The notes beneath the pieces were generated by a model. That model saw only the letters and a program-made list of their open reading frames with translations, was not told where the DNA came from and did not search any database. Positions 7,160 through 16,748 of a stretch of DNA of 35,138 nucleotides are shown here, one piece after another. Origin of the DNA: Zetaproteobacteria bacterium (GTDB lineage: Bacteria > Pseudomonadota > Zetaproteobacteria > Mariprofundales > Mariprofundaceae); the NCBI GenBank assembly GCA_021545625.1, contig JAJRVH010000222.1:1-35138 (forward strand). The letters are read 5' to 3'. Both the position numbers and the translations under genes were made by a program. Within the stretch, counting starts at the first letter, position 1; each line of letters begins with the position of its first letter.

Positions 7160-7800
7160 GCCCGCTTCCTTTCAGCACCGGCTTGCCGCGCCTGACGTTC
7201 CCCCTCCTCGACCGCGCTGGCCCAGGTGTCGCGCAGACTGGCCCACAGTTCCTGCAGGTTGTTGTGGCCCTGCTCGATATCGCCGAAACAGACCACCGGA
7301 TTACCGTCGTAATAGCGGCCCCAGTCGGCGCGCTGTTTCTCGCTGAGCCGGCTTTCATCGGCTGTCATCAGTTCCTTCGGCTCCATGCCGAGCCTGCGAA
7401 AAGCGTTGCGCAGCCGCGCCACGCCGGTGAACACGACCCAGCGATAACCCGCCGTGTACAGAAAGGCCGTCGCGGCAATAATCGCCATTCGCGCATCCCC
7501 CGGCTCCATTTCGGCCAGATTGCCGACCTCGACGATCGTGGAACGATCGACCGGATAACCGAGATAACGGGTGATCGCCTGCTCGATCGGCTCATCCAGA
7601 TAGACTTCCAGAAACAGCTTCTCGCTTTCGGCATCGCGATAACCGAGTACGGCCCGGCACTCGCCGCGGCGATCGGAAACGCGAATGAAATGGGGCATGA
7701 AGTGCTTCAGCTGCGCACCGTAGGTTCTGGCAAAGGTTTCCGCCACAACCTGCGTGGCCTCTTCCCAGCCGGACTGCCCCTTGTGAACCACCTTAATCAT
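7156..7800 (-). CDS. Thermostable-hemolysin family protein (T_hemolysin/delta-VPH-like), first gene of the cassette
   Basis: 214 aa. The pattern FARTYGAQLKHFMPHF...LFLEVYLDEPIEQ...IVEVGNLA...RWVVFTGV..LRN.F.RLG matches proteins annotated as thermostable hemolysin, as I remember them. Not verified by search. Confidence 0.7.
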   Translation of the reverse strand: MIKVVHKGQSGWEEATQVVAETFARTYGAQLKHFMPHFIRVSDRRGECRAVLGYRDAESEKLFLEVYLDEPIEQAITRYLGYPVDRSTIVEVGNLAEMEPGDARMAIIAATAFLYTAGYRWVVFTGVARLRNAFRRLGMEPKELMTADESRLSEKQRADWGRYYDGNPVVCFGDIEQGHNNLQELWASLRDTWASAVEEGERQARQAGAERKRA

Positions 7801-7883
7801 GCTGCAAGCCCCGTATGATTTCGTTGCATCCGGATCACATCCGGCTGGGCCGGGCGGTCAGGACGGAGGAAAACTAGGTGACG

Positions 7884-7916
7884 CAAAAACAAAGCCCCGT
7901 GAGCCTAGTCACAGGC
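7884..7916 (-). terminator. Probable rho-independent terminator after sspA
   Basis: Minus strand has CCTGTGA-CTAGGC-TCACGGG (7-bp stem with one G-U) followed by GCTTTGTTTTTG, starting about 15 nt after the sspA stop. Confidence 0.55.
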
Positions 7917-7930
7917 GAGGGTCAATTCAA

Positions 7931-8524
7931 TCAGAAGTCCTGCAGCATCTGCTCATGTTCGGACAGCGAGCGCTGGAAGGCCGGACGCTCAAACAGGCGA
8001 TCCATATAGGCTTCCAGATTCGGCCATTTCGAGGTGTCGACGCCCAGCGATGAAAGACGCCACAGGATCGGCGCCAGTCCGACATCAGCCAGCGTATACT
8101 GCTCGCCGATGAAATATTCCTGACGGGCCAGATAGGTATTCAGCGACTCCAGATAGGTGGCGATCTTTTTGGCCGCCTCCTTCTTCTTGCGCGGGTTGAG
8201 CATCTCGCGGTACAGCGGATAAAGCTCGCGCTCCAGTTGCAGCACGGCCATGCGCATCTGGGCGCGCTCGGCCGGCGAACCGGGCTTGAGCGGCGGATGC
8301 GGATAGCGCTCGTCCAGATACTCGTTGACGACGGACGACTCGAAGAAAACGATATCGCGATCGATCACGGTCGGCAGCTTGCCATACGGATTGAGCTCCA
8401 GAAATTCGGCCGGCAGGTTGTCCGCCTCGACCTCGATGATCGTCACCGGCAGTTCCTTTTCCGCCAATACGATGCGGGTACGATGCGAATCGGGACAGTG
8501 CCCGTCGGAATACAGCTTGATCAT
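7931..8524 (-). CDS. sspA: Stringent starvation protein A (GST-fold RNAP-associated protein)
   Basis: 197 aa. Collinear with E. coli SspA as remembered (RIVLAEK, LNPYGKLPT, EYLDERYPHPPL, LAPILWRL). AGGAGG RBS. No sspB follows. Confidence 0.85.
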   Translation of the reverse strand: MIKLYSDGHCPDSHRTRIVLAEKELPVTIIEVEADNLPAEFLELNPYGKLPTVIDRDIVFFESSVVNEYLDERYPHPPLKPGSPAERAQMRMAVLQLERELYPLYREMLNPRKKKEAAKKIATYLESLNTYLARQEYFIGEQYTLADVGLAPILWRLSSLGVDTSKWPNLEAYMDRLFERPAFQRSLSEHEQMLQDF

Positions 8525-8587
8525 CTAAACCTCCTGATTCTGGCGCCGGCAGTGCCAAAAAGGCTGCGCATCATAGCGCCACGCGCG

Positions 8588-8613
8588 AAAAAATAAAGAT
8601 ATTTCTGATCTTT
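8588..8613 (-). terminator. Weak AT-rich hairpin plus T-tract after prfB
   Basis: Minus strand has AAAGAT-CAGAAAT-ATCTTT followed by ATTTTTT. The 6-bp AT-rich stem makes termination efficiency doubtful. Confidence 0.3.
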
Positions 8614-8630
8614 CGACGGACCGGAGAGCG

Positions 8631-9756
8631 TTATTCGGCCGCCTCGCCGCGCCGCATGCCCATCAGCTCGGCGCGGATGAAGTCGTCGATATCGCCGTCC
8701 AGAAAGGCCTGCGTATTGCCGGTTTCCATGCCGGTACGCAAGTCCTTGATACGCGACTGGTCGAGCACGTAGGAACGGATCTGATGCCCCCAGCCGATAT
8801 CGGTCTTGGCATCCTCCATCTCCTGCTTCTCGGCATTCTGTTTTTCCAGTTCCAGCTCGTACAGGCGCGCCTTGAGCATCTTCCAGCAGGCATCGCGGTT
8901 CTTGTGCTGCGATCGGTCGTTCTGGCATTGCACGACCACGCCGGTCGGGATATGGGTCATGCGCACAGCCGAATCGGTCTTGTTCACATGCTGGCCGCCG
9001 GCGCCCGAGGCGCGGTAGGTGTCGGTGCGCACATCGGCCGGATCGATGTCGATATCAATCTCGCGATCGATATCCGGATAGGCAAACACCGATGCGAACG
9101 AGGTATGCCGCCGGTTGCCCGAATCGAACGGCGACTTGCGCACCAGCCGGTGCACGCCGATCTCGGCCTTCAGATAGCCATAGGCGTAATCGCCCCTGAC
9201 CGACACCGTGGCCGACTTGATACCCGCCTCCTCGCCGGCCGTGCATTCCATCAGCTCGGTCTTGAAGCCCTTGCGCTCGGCCCAGCGCAGATACATACGC
9301 AGCAGCATCTCGGCCCAGTCCTGCGCCTCGGTTCCGCCGGAACCGGCATTGATCTCCAGAAAGGCCGATTCGGCATCCATCTCGCCACCCAGCATCTGGG
9401 CCAGCTCCAGCTGTTCAATCGTCTTCTGTACCGCGTCGAGCCCTTCCACGGCCTCGATCTGGCTGTCACGGTCGCCCTCTTCGGCGCCCATCTCGAACAG
9501 CGTCGCCGCATCCTCCAGCGCGCTTTCAGCCTCGTGAAAGTTCTTCAGCACGCGTTCCAGGCGCGTGCGGTTCTGCATCAGCGACTGCGCCTCTTCCGGA
9601 TTGTCCCACAGGGACGGATCCTCGATGCGCGCGTTCAGCTCGCGCAGTTCCTCCTGCTTGCCTTCGATGTCAAAGTGACCTCCGCAGCGCATTCAGACGC
9701 GAGCCGTAATCCTCGGCCCTAGTTCTGAACCCCGCAATCTGATCTTCGATGCTCAT
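8631..9756 (-). CDS. prfB: Peptide chain release factor 2, requiring a programmed +1 frameshift
   Basis: Frame 0 from ATG 9756 gives [28 protein letters not shown], then TGA (9672-9670). The +1 frame continues [13 protein letters not shown]... to stop 8631 (the track ORF 8631..9692 is that second frame). The body contains SPF and GGQ ([16 protein letters not shown]). GAGGTGA RBS lies 5 nt upstream. Confidence 0.95.
9669..9683 (-). other. RF2 autoregulatory +1 frameshift site (GGAGG-TCA-CTT-TGA-C)
   Basis: Minus strand reads CGG AGG TCA CTT TGA C. This is the slippery CTT, an in-frame TGA followed by C, and an internal SD-like GGAGG 3 nt upstream, the same architecture as E. coli prfB. Confidence 0.9.
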
Positions 9757-9853
9757 ACGTTCACCTCGACAAAAAAGCTTGTGCAGCAACAGCCGCCCCC
9801 GGCTGCCCGGGAAGGTAGCGTTTCAGGACGGCAAATCAATACCGCCACGGGCT

Positions 9854-10414
9854 TCATCCAGCGGCGTTTTCGCGCCGCCAGCGATGCAAAAAGGCCAGAA
9901 TCTCCCGCAACGCCTCGGACTTCTTCATATCCCCGCGCGGCAGGACGAAATCGGCACAGGCCTCGTACAGCGGGTAGCGCAAATCCGCCAGTTGCCGCAG
10001 CGTTTCAAGGGCGTTGCCGCCGGCGATCAGCGGCCGGTTCGCATCTCCCTTGATGCGCGCGGCCAGGAACTCCGGATCAGCCTTCAGCCAGATGACCGGC
10101 GGGTGCTGCCTGAGCAGCGCCCTGTTCCGCTCTCGCATCACAATGCCGCCGCCGGTGGCCAGCACCGCCGGCCGGCCGATCACCCGGGCCAGCATGTCCG
10201 TTTCCAGATCGCGAAAGCCTTCCTCACCGCGCTCAGCGAAGATCTTCGGAATCGGACGGCCTACCTGCTCGACGATGACCGCGTCGAGATCGACAAGCGG
10301 CAGCTCCAGCGCCGCCGCCAGACGGCGGCCGATGCTGCTCTTGCCCGAGCCCATCAGGCCGATCAGCACCGGATATACCCCTGCAAGCTCCGCCATCTTT
10401 CCTTCCCCCGTCAT
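9854..10414 (-). CDS. aroK: Shikimate kinase
   Basis: Walker A GLMGSGKSSIGR, then GEEGFRDLE and ATGGG, collinear with E. coli AroK. Track ORF 9854..10756 is over-extended into recJ. ATG 10414 forms an ATGA overlap with the recJ stop; the alternative ATG is 10396. Confidence 0.9.
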   Translation of the reverse strand: MTGEGKMAELAGVYPVLIGLMGSGKSSIGRRLAAALELPLVDLDAVIVEQVGRPIPKIFAERGEEGFRDLETDMLARVIGRPAVLATGGGIVMRERNRALLRQHPPVIWLKADPEFLAARIKGDANRPLIAGGNALETLRQLADLRYPLYEACADFVLPRGDMKKSEALREILAFLHRWRRENAAG

Positions 10415-12075
10415 GTCCCGCTCTCCGTCAATATATCCTGCACGACAAACTGTACCGCGTCCCCGCCGCGCCAGTCGTCGCATTCCAGCTGGCCCAGCAC
10501 CGACAGCGTGGCACCGGCCTGCAGGGCCTCCCTGAACATGCCGCCGCCGAACAGGATGGCCGGCAGCGCATGGCGACCGTCGCCAAGCAGCAGGCGTACA
10601 ACACCGCCCTTCAGTTCCCGGCAATCGGCTACGTGCACATCCCTGAGCAACCAGCAACAGGGCGGGTTGCCGCGTCCGACAGGCTCGAAGCGCTGCAGGC
10701 GCCGGGCGAGTCCCGCATGCATCGCACCCAGCCCCAGCATGCCGTCCACATGGCACAGATCATGTGCAGGCGCCCGGGCCGCCTGCTCCCGGATCGCCGC
10801 CGCGAATGCCTGCACGAAACCTTCCCAGGCGCCCTCCCCGACCGTGCCTCCGCCGGCACCCGCATGACCACCGAAGCCTTCCAGATGTTCAGCACAGGCC
10901 TGGAGAAGGTCGCCGATATGAAATCCCGGCACGCCGCGCAGCGATATCCGCACCCTGCCGTCCGGCGTGATAAAGCCGACCGCCGCCGGCCGGTGATGCT
11001 TCCTGGCCAGTCGTCCGGCGGCAAGCCCGACCACGCCGGCATGCCAGTCCGCATGATAAACGGCCAGCGTGTCGGCATCGCCCAGCATCGCCTCCGCCTG
11101 CCTGAACACCTCGGCCTCGACCTGGCGGCGCTGCTTGTTCGTGGCATCAAGCATCTCCGCGATGCGGCGTGCCTCGTCGGCATCGTCCGTGCATAGCAGC
11201 CGCATCGCCTCCTCTCCGTGCTGCATGCGACCGGCGGCATTGATGCGCGGCGCCAGATAGAAGCCGATCGTTTCCGCCGAGATACGCTTCTTGACCCTGG
11301 CCACATCGAGCAAAGCCCGCATGCCGGTCGAAGGCTCCGTATTCAGGCGCTGCAGGCCATGATGAACCAGCACCCGGTTCACGCCGACCAGGTCCATCAC
11401 ATCGGCAATCGTCGCCACGGCCACCCGATCCAGCAGGCGCCGCAGATCGTAGGCCGGTCTCGCCTCGCCCAGTTCCTTCCACACTGCCATCAGCAGGAAA
11501 AACGCCACGCCCGTACCGCACAGCTGACGTCCGGCAAAGCCGCAATCGCTGCGCGCCGGGTTCAGCAGGGCATAGGCCGCCGGCAAGTGCTCCTCCGGCA
11601 GATGATGATCGGACACGATCAGGTCGAAACCAAGCCCGGCGGCCGCATCGCAGGCCGCAAAACAGGTCGTACCGGTATCGACACTGATGCCCAGCCGCGC
11701 GCCGTTTTCGAACGCCTGACGCACAGCCCCGGCGCCGATGCCATGGCCGTCATCGGCCCGGTGCGGAATCGAAAAACTCACCGAGGCACCGGCGGCGCGC
11801 AGCGCCTCGACCAGAATTGCAGTGCCGCTCACGCCGTCGCAATCGAAATCACCGAAGATATGAATCGCCTCGCCGTTCCGGATCGCACCGGCCACGCGGG
11901 CGGCGGCCCGATCCATGTCCCGCATGCCCATCGGATCGGGCAGACTGGCAAGCATCGGCGAAAAGAACGGATCGGACTCATGCAGGCCGCGCGCTTCCAG
12001 CAGGCCGCGCCAGGCGGTGAGCGGATCATATGTCACAAGCGGGGCGTGACGCCATGCCAGCCGCTTGCCGCGCAT
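10411..12075 (-). CDS. recJ: Single-stranded-DNA-specific exonuclease RecJ
   Basis: DHH family motifs (IFGDFDCDGVSG, SVDTG, VSDHH, GGHAGAGG). Start placed at ATG 12075 (MRGKRLAW...) so that it does not overlap the upstream gene. The track ORF extends to 12177. Confidence 0.9.
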   Translation of the reverse strand: MRGKRLAWRHAPLVTYDPLTAWRGLLEARGLHESDPFFSPMLASLPDPMGMRDMDRAAARVAGAIRNGEAIHIFGDFDCDGVSGTAILVEALRAAGASVSFSIPHRADDGHGIGAGAVRQAFENGARLGISVDTGTTCFAACDAAAGLGFDLIVSDHHLPEEHLPAAYALLNPARSDCGFAGRQLCGTGVAFFLLMAVWKELGEARPAYDLRRLLDRVAVATIADVMDLVGVNRVLVHHGLQRLNTEPSTGMRALLDVARVKKRISAETIGFYLAPRINAAGRMQHGEEAMRLLCTDDADEARRIAEMLDATNKQRRQVEAEVFRQAEAMLGDADTLAVYHADWHAGVVGLAAGRLARKHHRPAAVGFITPDGRVRISLRGVPGFHIGDLLQACAEHLEGFGGHAGAGGGTVGEGAWEGFVQAFAAAIREQAARAPAHDLCHVDGMLGLGAMHAGLARRLQRFEPVGRGNPPCCWLLRDVHVADCRELKGGVVRLLLGDGRHALPAILFGGGMFREALQAGATLSVLGQLECDDWRGGDAVQFVVQDILTESGT

Positions 12076-12095
12076 CGTAATGCCGGTCGGCAGGC

Positions 12096-12995
12096 TCACA
12101 GCAAGGCTCGCAATGTTTCGCCCAGCATCGACTCGGAAGCTGGCTTTTTCGGTTGCCAGCCACCCCGGTGCGGCCACAGCGAACGACTCAGCAATACGGC
12201 CATCCCGTCGCCTCCCAGCAACACATGGCGCGGCAGCCTGCCGCCGACAGGCAACAGTTCAGGCAAACGCTCGACCTCGCTGATCGTGACATGGGCATCG
12301 CGGCCATCGGCCAGCGATTGCAGGGCCGGATTGCGCGTGGCAACGGGGATTCCGGATACATCGCGGCACACCGGCATGCCCGGCGACCACAGCCACAGGC
12401 CGTGAATATCCGGCTCACCGCGTTCGCGCCGGTGAACGGCCGGATGCCGGTGCAGCTGCATCTGGATTTCGGACAGCAGGCGCATCAGACGACCGCCGTC
12501 CGTCCCGCGCGGATGCCGGTCGGGCAACATGCCACCGGCAATGCACCCAAAATCGACGGGTTCTGCCTGCAACGGCCGCCGGCACCCCAGCATCATCGCA
12601 GCCCCATGCGCCATCAGCCGCATGCCTTCCTCGTTCAGCAGCGGATTCAGAAGTTCGCAGAGCCATTCGGCATCGCGGGCCGAAAAGGGCAGCTCGCCGT
12701 CGGCCAGCAGACGCACCGAATCACGCCCCAGCTGCGCATGGTAGGGGCTGGCGATCCAGTATTGCCGCATGTCCGCGGGCAGGTCGGGAAAGGATGCGGC
12801 CACGATCCCGATGTCGGAGATTCCATGCAGCAGCGCATACCAGGACAGCGGCGTGCCGGGCCCGGAACGGAACCATGCCCGCCTGCGGCGCGCGAGCGCC
12901 TCCCGCCAGGGATCCAGGCATGGATGCAGCATCCATCCCTCTTCCCCCTCCAGCAATGCCCGGCTGACAATCAGCACGGCGCGATCATCGTTCAC
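12096..12995 (-). CDS. Conserved-looking hypothetical protein between thrC and recJ
   Basis: 299 aa. The GTG start directly abuts the thrC TGA stop. No motif I can assign (notable strings: HGLWLWSPG, NPALQSLA). The coding call rests on its length, strand and tight packing between flanking genes. Confidence 0.6.
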   Translation of the reverse strand: MNDDRAVLIVSRALLEGEEGWMLHPCLDPWREALARRRRAWFRSGPGTPLSWYALLHGISDIGIVAASFPDLPADMRQYWIASPYHAQLGRDSVRLLADGELPFSARDAEWLCELLNPLLNEEGMRLMAHGAAMMLGCRRPLQAEPVDFGCIAGGMLPDRHPRGTDGGRLMRLLSEIQMQLHRHPAVHRRERGEPDIHGLWLWSPGMPVCRDVSGIPVATRNPALQSLADGRDAHVTISEVERLPELLPVGGRLPRHVLLGGDGMAVLLSRSLWPHRGGWQPKKPASESMLGETLRALL

Positions 12996-14054
12996 TCAGG
13001 ACTCAAGCACCCGGCGCACCGCATCCTCGGTCGCATCGATCGTCACCGGAGAAGCCACGCCCTTCATCGCGGTATCGGGATCCTTCAGTCCGTTGCCGGT
13101 CAGCGTACAGACGATTTTATCGCCCGGCCTGAAATAGCCGGCCTTGTTCAGCTTGATCACGCCGGCCACCGAAGCGGCCGAGGCAGGTTCGCAGAACACG
13201 CCTTCCAGCGAGGCCAGCATATCGTAAGCCTGCAGGATTTCGGTATCGGTCACCGCGTCGATACGGCCGCCCGACTCGTCGCGCGCCGCTTCCGCCTGCT
13301 GCCAGGATGCCGGCTTGCCGATGCGGATGGCGGTGGCCACCGTTTCCGGGTTTTCGACCGGCGCGCCGTTGACGATCGGAGCCGCGCCGGCGGCCTGAAA
13401 GCCGAGCATCTTCGGCAGGCTTCTGGCAATGCGCTTGTCGTGATATTCCTTATAGCCCATCCAGTAGGCCGTGATATTGCCGGCATTGCCGACCGGCAGC
13501 GCGTGGTAATCCGGCGCAAAGCCCAGCTCGTCGACAATCTCGAAGGCGCCGGTTTTCTGTCCCTGCAACCGGTACGGATTGACCGAATTGACCAGCGAGA
13601 TCGAACCATCGGCGGAAATCTCGCGCACCAGTTCCAGCGCATCATCAAAATTGCCTCGAATCTGGATCACTTTCGCACCATAGCGCATGCCCTGACTCAT
13701 CTTGCCCAGCGCAATCTTGCCGTCGGGAATCAGCACATAGGCATCCATGCCGCAGTTGGCCGCATAGGCGGCGGCCGAGGCCGAGGTGTTGCCGGTCGAG
13801 GCGCAGATCACCTTGCGCGAACCGCTGTTGTAGGCCTGGGTCACGGCCATCGTCATGCCGCGATCCTTGAACGAACCGGTCGGATTCAGGCCCTCGAACT
13901 TCAGATAGATATTCAGCTCCGGGTTGATCGCGTTGCGCAGATTCATCGATTCATGCAGCGGCGTGTTGCCTTCATAGAGCGTGATCACCGCATCATCCTC
14001 GCCGATCGGCAGAAAGGCGCGGTAGCGGTTGATGATTCCTTCATAGCGGGGCAT
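12996..14054 (-). CDS. thrC: Threonine synthase
   Basis: PLP-lysine motif [11 protein letters not shown]-terminus [19 protein letters not shown]...LYEGNTPL is typical of the short ThrC class. ATG 14054 has an AAGGA SD. The track start 14072 is a TTG. Confidence 0.93.
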   Translation of the reverse strand: MPRYEGIINRYRAFLPIGEDDAVITLYEGNTPLHESMNLRNAINPELNIYLKFEGLNPTGSFKDRGMTMAVTQAYNSGSRKVICASTGNTSASAAAYAANCGMDAYVLIPDGKIALGKMSQGMRYGAKVIQIRGNFDDALELVREISADGSISLVNSVNPYRLQGQKTGAFEIVDELGFAPDYHALPVGNAGNITAYWMGYKEYHDKRIARSLPKMLGFQAAGAAPIVNGAPVENPETVATAIRIGKPASWQQAEAARDESGGRIDAVTDTEILQAYDMLASLEGVFCEPASAASVAGVIKLNKAGYFRPGDKIVCTLTGNGLKDPDTAMKGVASPVTIDATEDAVRRVLES

Positions 14055-14064
14055 GGCGTATTCC

Positions 14065-15387
14065 TTATGCAACGGCCGATTCTTTACGCAGAATCAGCAC
14101 ATCTTTGTCGACCGTTTCCAGGCCCGTGATGCGGCTGATCGCCGCCTGCAGGTTTCCTTCGGTCGTTTCATGGGTCAGCATGATGATCGGAACGCTCTGG
14201 CTGGCATGACGCTCCTTCTGGATCAGGGCCTCGAGGCTGATGCGGTGGTCGGCCAGAATCGACGTAACCGCCGCAATGACGCCGGGCTTATCCCGAACCA
14301 TCAGGCGGATATAGTATTCGCAGACCACATCGGCCATCGGCAGGGTCGGAACCTCGCGACGCGAGGACTCGACGAAGCCCATCGGCGGCGCCAGGTGCGC
14401 AATGCCGTCCGGGAAGCCGCTGGCGATATCCATGATATCGGCCACAACGGCCGATGCGGTCGGCCGCTCGCCGGCGCCACGGCCGAAATACATCGTATGC
14501 TCGACGAAATCACCGGAGATCTGTACCGCATTGTAGGAATCGGACACCTGCGCCATCTGCGAATCCAGCGGCACCAGCGTCGGATGCACGCGCATCTCGA
14601 CATACTCGTCGTCGCCATCGAAATGCGGCTTGGCGATGCCCAAGAGCTTGATCCGGTAGCCCATCTCACGGGCCGATTCGATATCGGCGGCGCCGATACG
14701 GCTGATACCCTCGGTATGCACCTCGTCGAAGCGGATCTTCGAACCGAAAGCCATGGCCGCCAGGATCGACAGCTTGTGGGCCGTATCCACGCCCTCGACG
14801 TCGAAGGTCGGATCGGCCTCGGCATAGCCGAGTTGCTGCGCCTCGCGCAATACATCGGCATAGTCGCTGCCTTCGTTCTCCATCTTGGTCAGGATGAAGT
14901 TGCAGGTACCGTTCAGGATGCCGTAGACCGATTCAATCGCATTGGCCGCCAGACCCTCGCGCAGCGCCTTCATGCACGGAATACCGCCGCCGACCGCCGC
15001 CTCGAAACCGATCTGCAGCCCCTTGTCCGCCGCCATCGGGAACAGCTCCTCGCCATGCTTGGCGATCAGCGCCTTGTTCGCCGTCACGACATGCTTGCCG
15101 TTCTCCAGCGCCCCGACCACGAAACTGCGCGCCGGCTCGTAGCCGCCGATCAGTTCGACGACCAGATCGATATCGTCGGCCTTCACGATCCCGGCCGCAT
15201 CGTCGGTCAGGCGCACGCCGGACAGATCGAGGTCGCGCTCACGCTGCAGATCGCGGTCGGCCGCGGCCACCAGCACGATCTTCCTGCCCAGCCGCCGAGC
15301 GATCAGTTCCTGCTGTTCGATCAGGATGCGGGCCACGCCCGTACCGATCGTGCCCAGCCCCAGCAATCCAACTCTCATTTCATTCAT
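14065..15387 (-). CDS. hom: Homoserine dehydrogenase
   Basis: N-terminal [11 protein letters not shown] Rossmann motif, a central Homoserine_dh region and a C-terminal ACT-like domain. ATG 15387 follows GGAG. The track start 15393 is a GTG, and ATG 15378 is also possible. Confidence 0.92.
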   Translation of the reverse strand: MNEMRVGLLGLGTIGTGVARILIEQQELIARRLGRKIVLVAAADRDLQRERDLDLSGVRLTDDAAGIVKADDIDLVVELIGGYEPARSFVVGALENGKHVVTANKALIAKHGEELFPMAADKGLQIGFEAAVGGGIPCMKALREGLAANAIESVYGILNGTCNFILTKMENEGSDYADVLREAQQLGYAEADPTFDVEGVDTAHKLSILAAMAFGSKIRFDEVHTEGISRIGAADIESAREMGYRIKLLGIAKPHFDGDDEYVEMRVHPTLVPLDSQMAQVSDSYNAVQISGDFVEHTMYFGRGAGERPTASAVVADIMDIASGFPDGIAHLAPPMGFVESSRREVPTLPMADVVCEYYIRLMVRDKPGVIAAVTSILADHRISLEALIQKERHASQSVPIIMLTHETTEGNLQAAISRITGLETVDKDVLILRKESAVA

Positions 15388-15418
15388 GCTCACTCCAGTT
15401 CATTTGCACCATCGTCGT

Positions 15419-16621
15419 TCACGAGCCGCCGGCATTGAGAAAATGACGCATGCCACGCAGTGCCTGACGGGTGCGATGCTCGTTCTCGATCAGCGCGATG
15501 CGCACATAATGATCGCCATAATCGCCAAAGCCGATACCCGGCGACACGGCCACACCCGCTTCCCTGAGCATCAGCTTGGAAAACTCCAGCGATCCCATCG
15601 GCTTGAATTCGTCCGGAATCTCGGCCCAGACAAACATCGTCGCCTTCGGGGTTTCGGCCATCCAGCCCATATTATGCAGCCCGTTGATCAGCGTATCGCG
15701 GCGCGACTGGTACATCTGCCGGATGTCCTCGACACAGTCCTGCGGGCCGTTGAGCGCGGTACAGGCGGCAATCTGCAAAGGCTGGAAGGTGCCGTAATCC
15801 AGATAGGACTTGATCTTGGCCAGGGCCGCCACGATCTCGCGGTTGCCGACCATAAAGCCCATACGCCAGCCCGGCATATTGTAACTCTTGGAAAGCGAAT
15901 AAAACTCGACCGCCACATCCTTGGCGCCCGGCACCTGCAGGATCGACGGGCACTGATAATCATCGAAGGTGATTTCGGCATAGGCGATGTCGGAGATCAC
16001 GATCAGATCATTCTCGCGTGCGAAATCGACCAGCTTGACGTAGAAATCCAGATCGACGACCTCGGCGGTCGGGTTGGACGGAAAATTGACCACGAGAATC
16101 TTCGGACGCGGCCAGGAATCCTTGACTGCCTTCTGCACTTCCTCGAAATAGTCGTAGCCCGGCCCCATCGGCACGTGGCGGATATCGGCGCCGGCGATAA
16201 TGAAACCGTAGGGATGAATCGGATAGGCCGGATTCGGCGTCAGCACCAGATCGCCCGGCGAGGTGATCGCCACGGCCAGATGCGCCAGCCCTTCCTTCGA
16301 TCCGATCGTCGCAATCGCCTCGGTTTCCGGATCCAGCTCGACATCGAACTTGCGCTTGTACCAGGCGCAGATCGCCTTGCGAAGCCCCGGGATGCCACGC
16401 GATACCGAGTAGCGGTGGTTGCGTCCGTCGCGCGCCGCCTCGCACAGCTTGTCGACGATATGTTTCGGGGTCGGCTGATCGGGGTTGCCCATGCCAAGAT
16501 CGATGATGTCGTGGCCGGCATGGCGCAATTCCATCTTCAGCTGATTGACCACGGCAAAGACATAGGGAGGAAGGCGTTTGATTTTTTCGAATTCGCGCAT
16601 GAACTGGCTGGCTCCCGGCAT
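15419..16621 (-). CDS. alaC: Class I PLP aminotransferase, AlaC-like alanine transaminase
   Basis: 400 aa, collinear with E. coli AlaC/YfdZ as remembered ([38 protein letters not shown]-lysine motif). Confidence 0.85.
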   Translation of the reverse strand: MPGASQFMREFEKIKRLPPYVFAVVNQLKMELRHAGHDIIDLGMGNPDQPTPKHIVDKLCEAARDGRNHRYSVSRGIPGLRKAICAWYKRKFDVELDPETEAIATIGSKEGLAHLAVAITSPGDLVLTPNPAYPIHPYGFIIAGADIRHVPMGPGYDYFEEVQKAVKDSWPRPKILVVNFPSNPTAEVVDLDFYVKLVDFARENDLIVISDIAYAEITFDDYQCPSILQVPGAKDVAVEFYSLSKSYNMPGWRMGFMVGNREIVAALAKIKSYLDYGTFQPLQIAACTALNGPQDCVEDIRQMYQSRRDTLINGLHNMGWMAETPKATMFVWAEIPDEFKPMGSLEFSKLMLREAGVAVSPGIGFGDYGDHYVRIALIENEHRTRQALRGMRHFLNAGGS

Positions 16622-16644
16622 AATAGACCCGCAAAGGGATGGCG

Positions 16645-16673
16645 AGTGTACGAACGGGGCCGGAAACGGTCAA
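16645..16673 (-). promoter_or_regulatory. Candidate sigma70 promoter of alaC-hom-thrC
   Basis: Minus strand reads TTGACC (16673-16668), a 17-nt spacer, then TACACT (16650-16645), 23 nt upstream of ATG 16621. The -35 lies in the loop of a 7-bp hairpin (16655-16685). Confidence 0.5.
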
Positions 16674-16696
16674 GGAAAGGCCCCGGTTTTGCAACG

Positions 16697-16722
16697 AAAA
16701 AGGCCCGCCGGAAAGGCGGGCC
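16697..16722 (-). terminator. Rho-independent terminator of petABC
   Basis: Minus strand has GGCCCGCC-TTTCC-GGCGGGCC (8-bp perfect GC stem) followed by TTTTTCG, 26 nt after the petC stop. Confidence 0.85.
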
Positions 16723-16748
16723 TCCGTTCGCGAAGCGCAAGCGACTGA

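Noticed and set aside
9854-10756. Taking the full 300-aa ORF as the shikimate kinase gene
   Set aside because: The first 114 residues overlap the recJ 3' end in another frame, are Arg/Ala/Cys/Pro-rich and have no counterpart in AroK. The kinase homology begins just before the Walker A motif, after ATG 10414.
12153-14129. 658-aa plus-strand ORF, the longest in the track
   Set aside because: It lies antisense to thrC and the 299-aa hypothetical gene. The translation is an Arg/Gly/His/Pro/Ala-rich string with no motifs. It is a classic shadow ORF in GC-rich DNA opposite genes with clear signatures ([10 protein letters not shown]).
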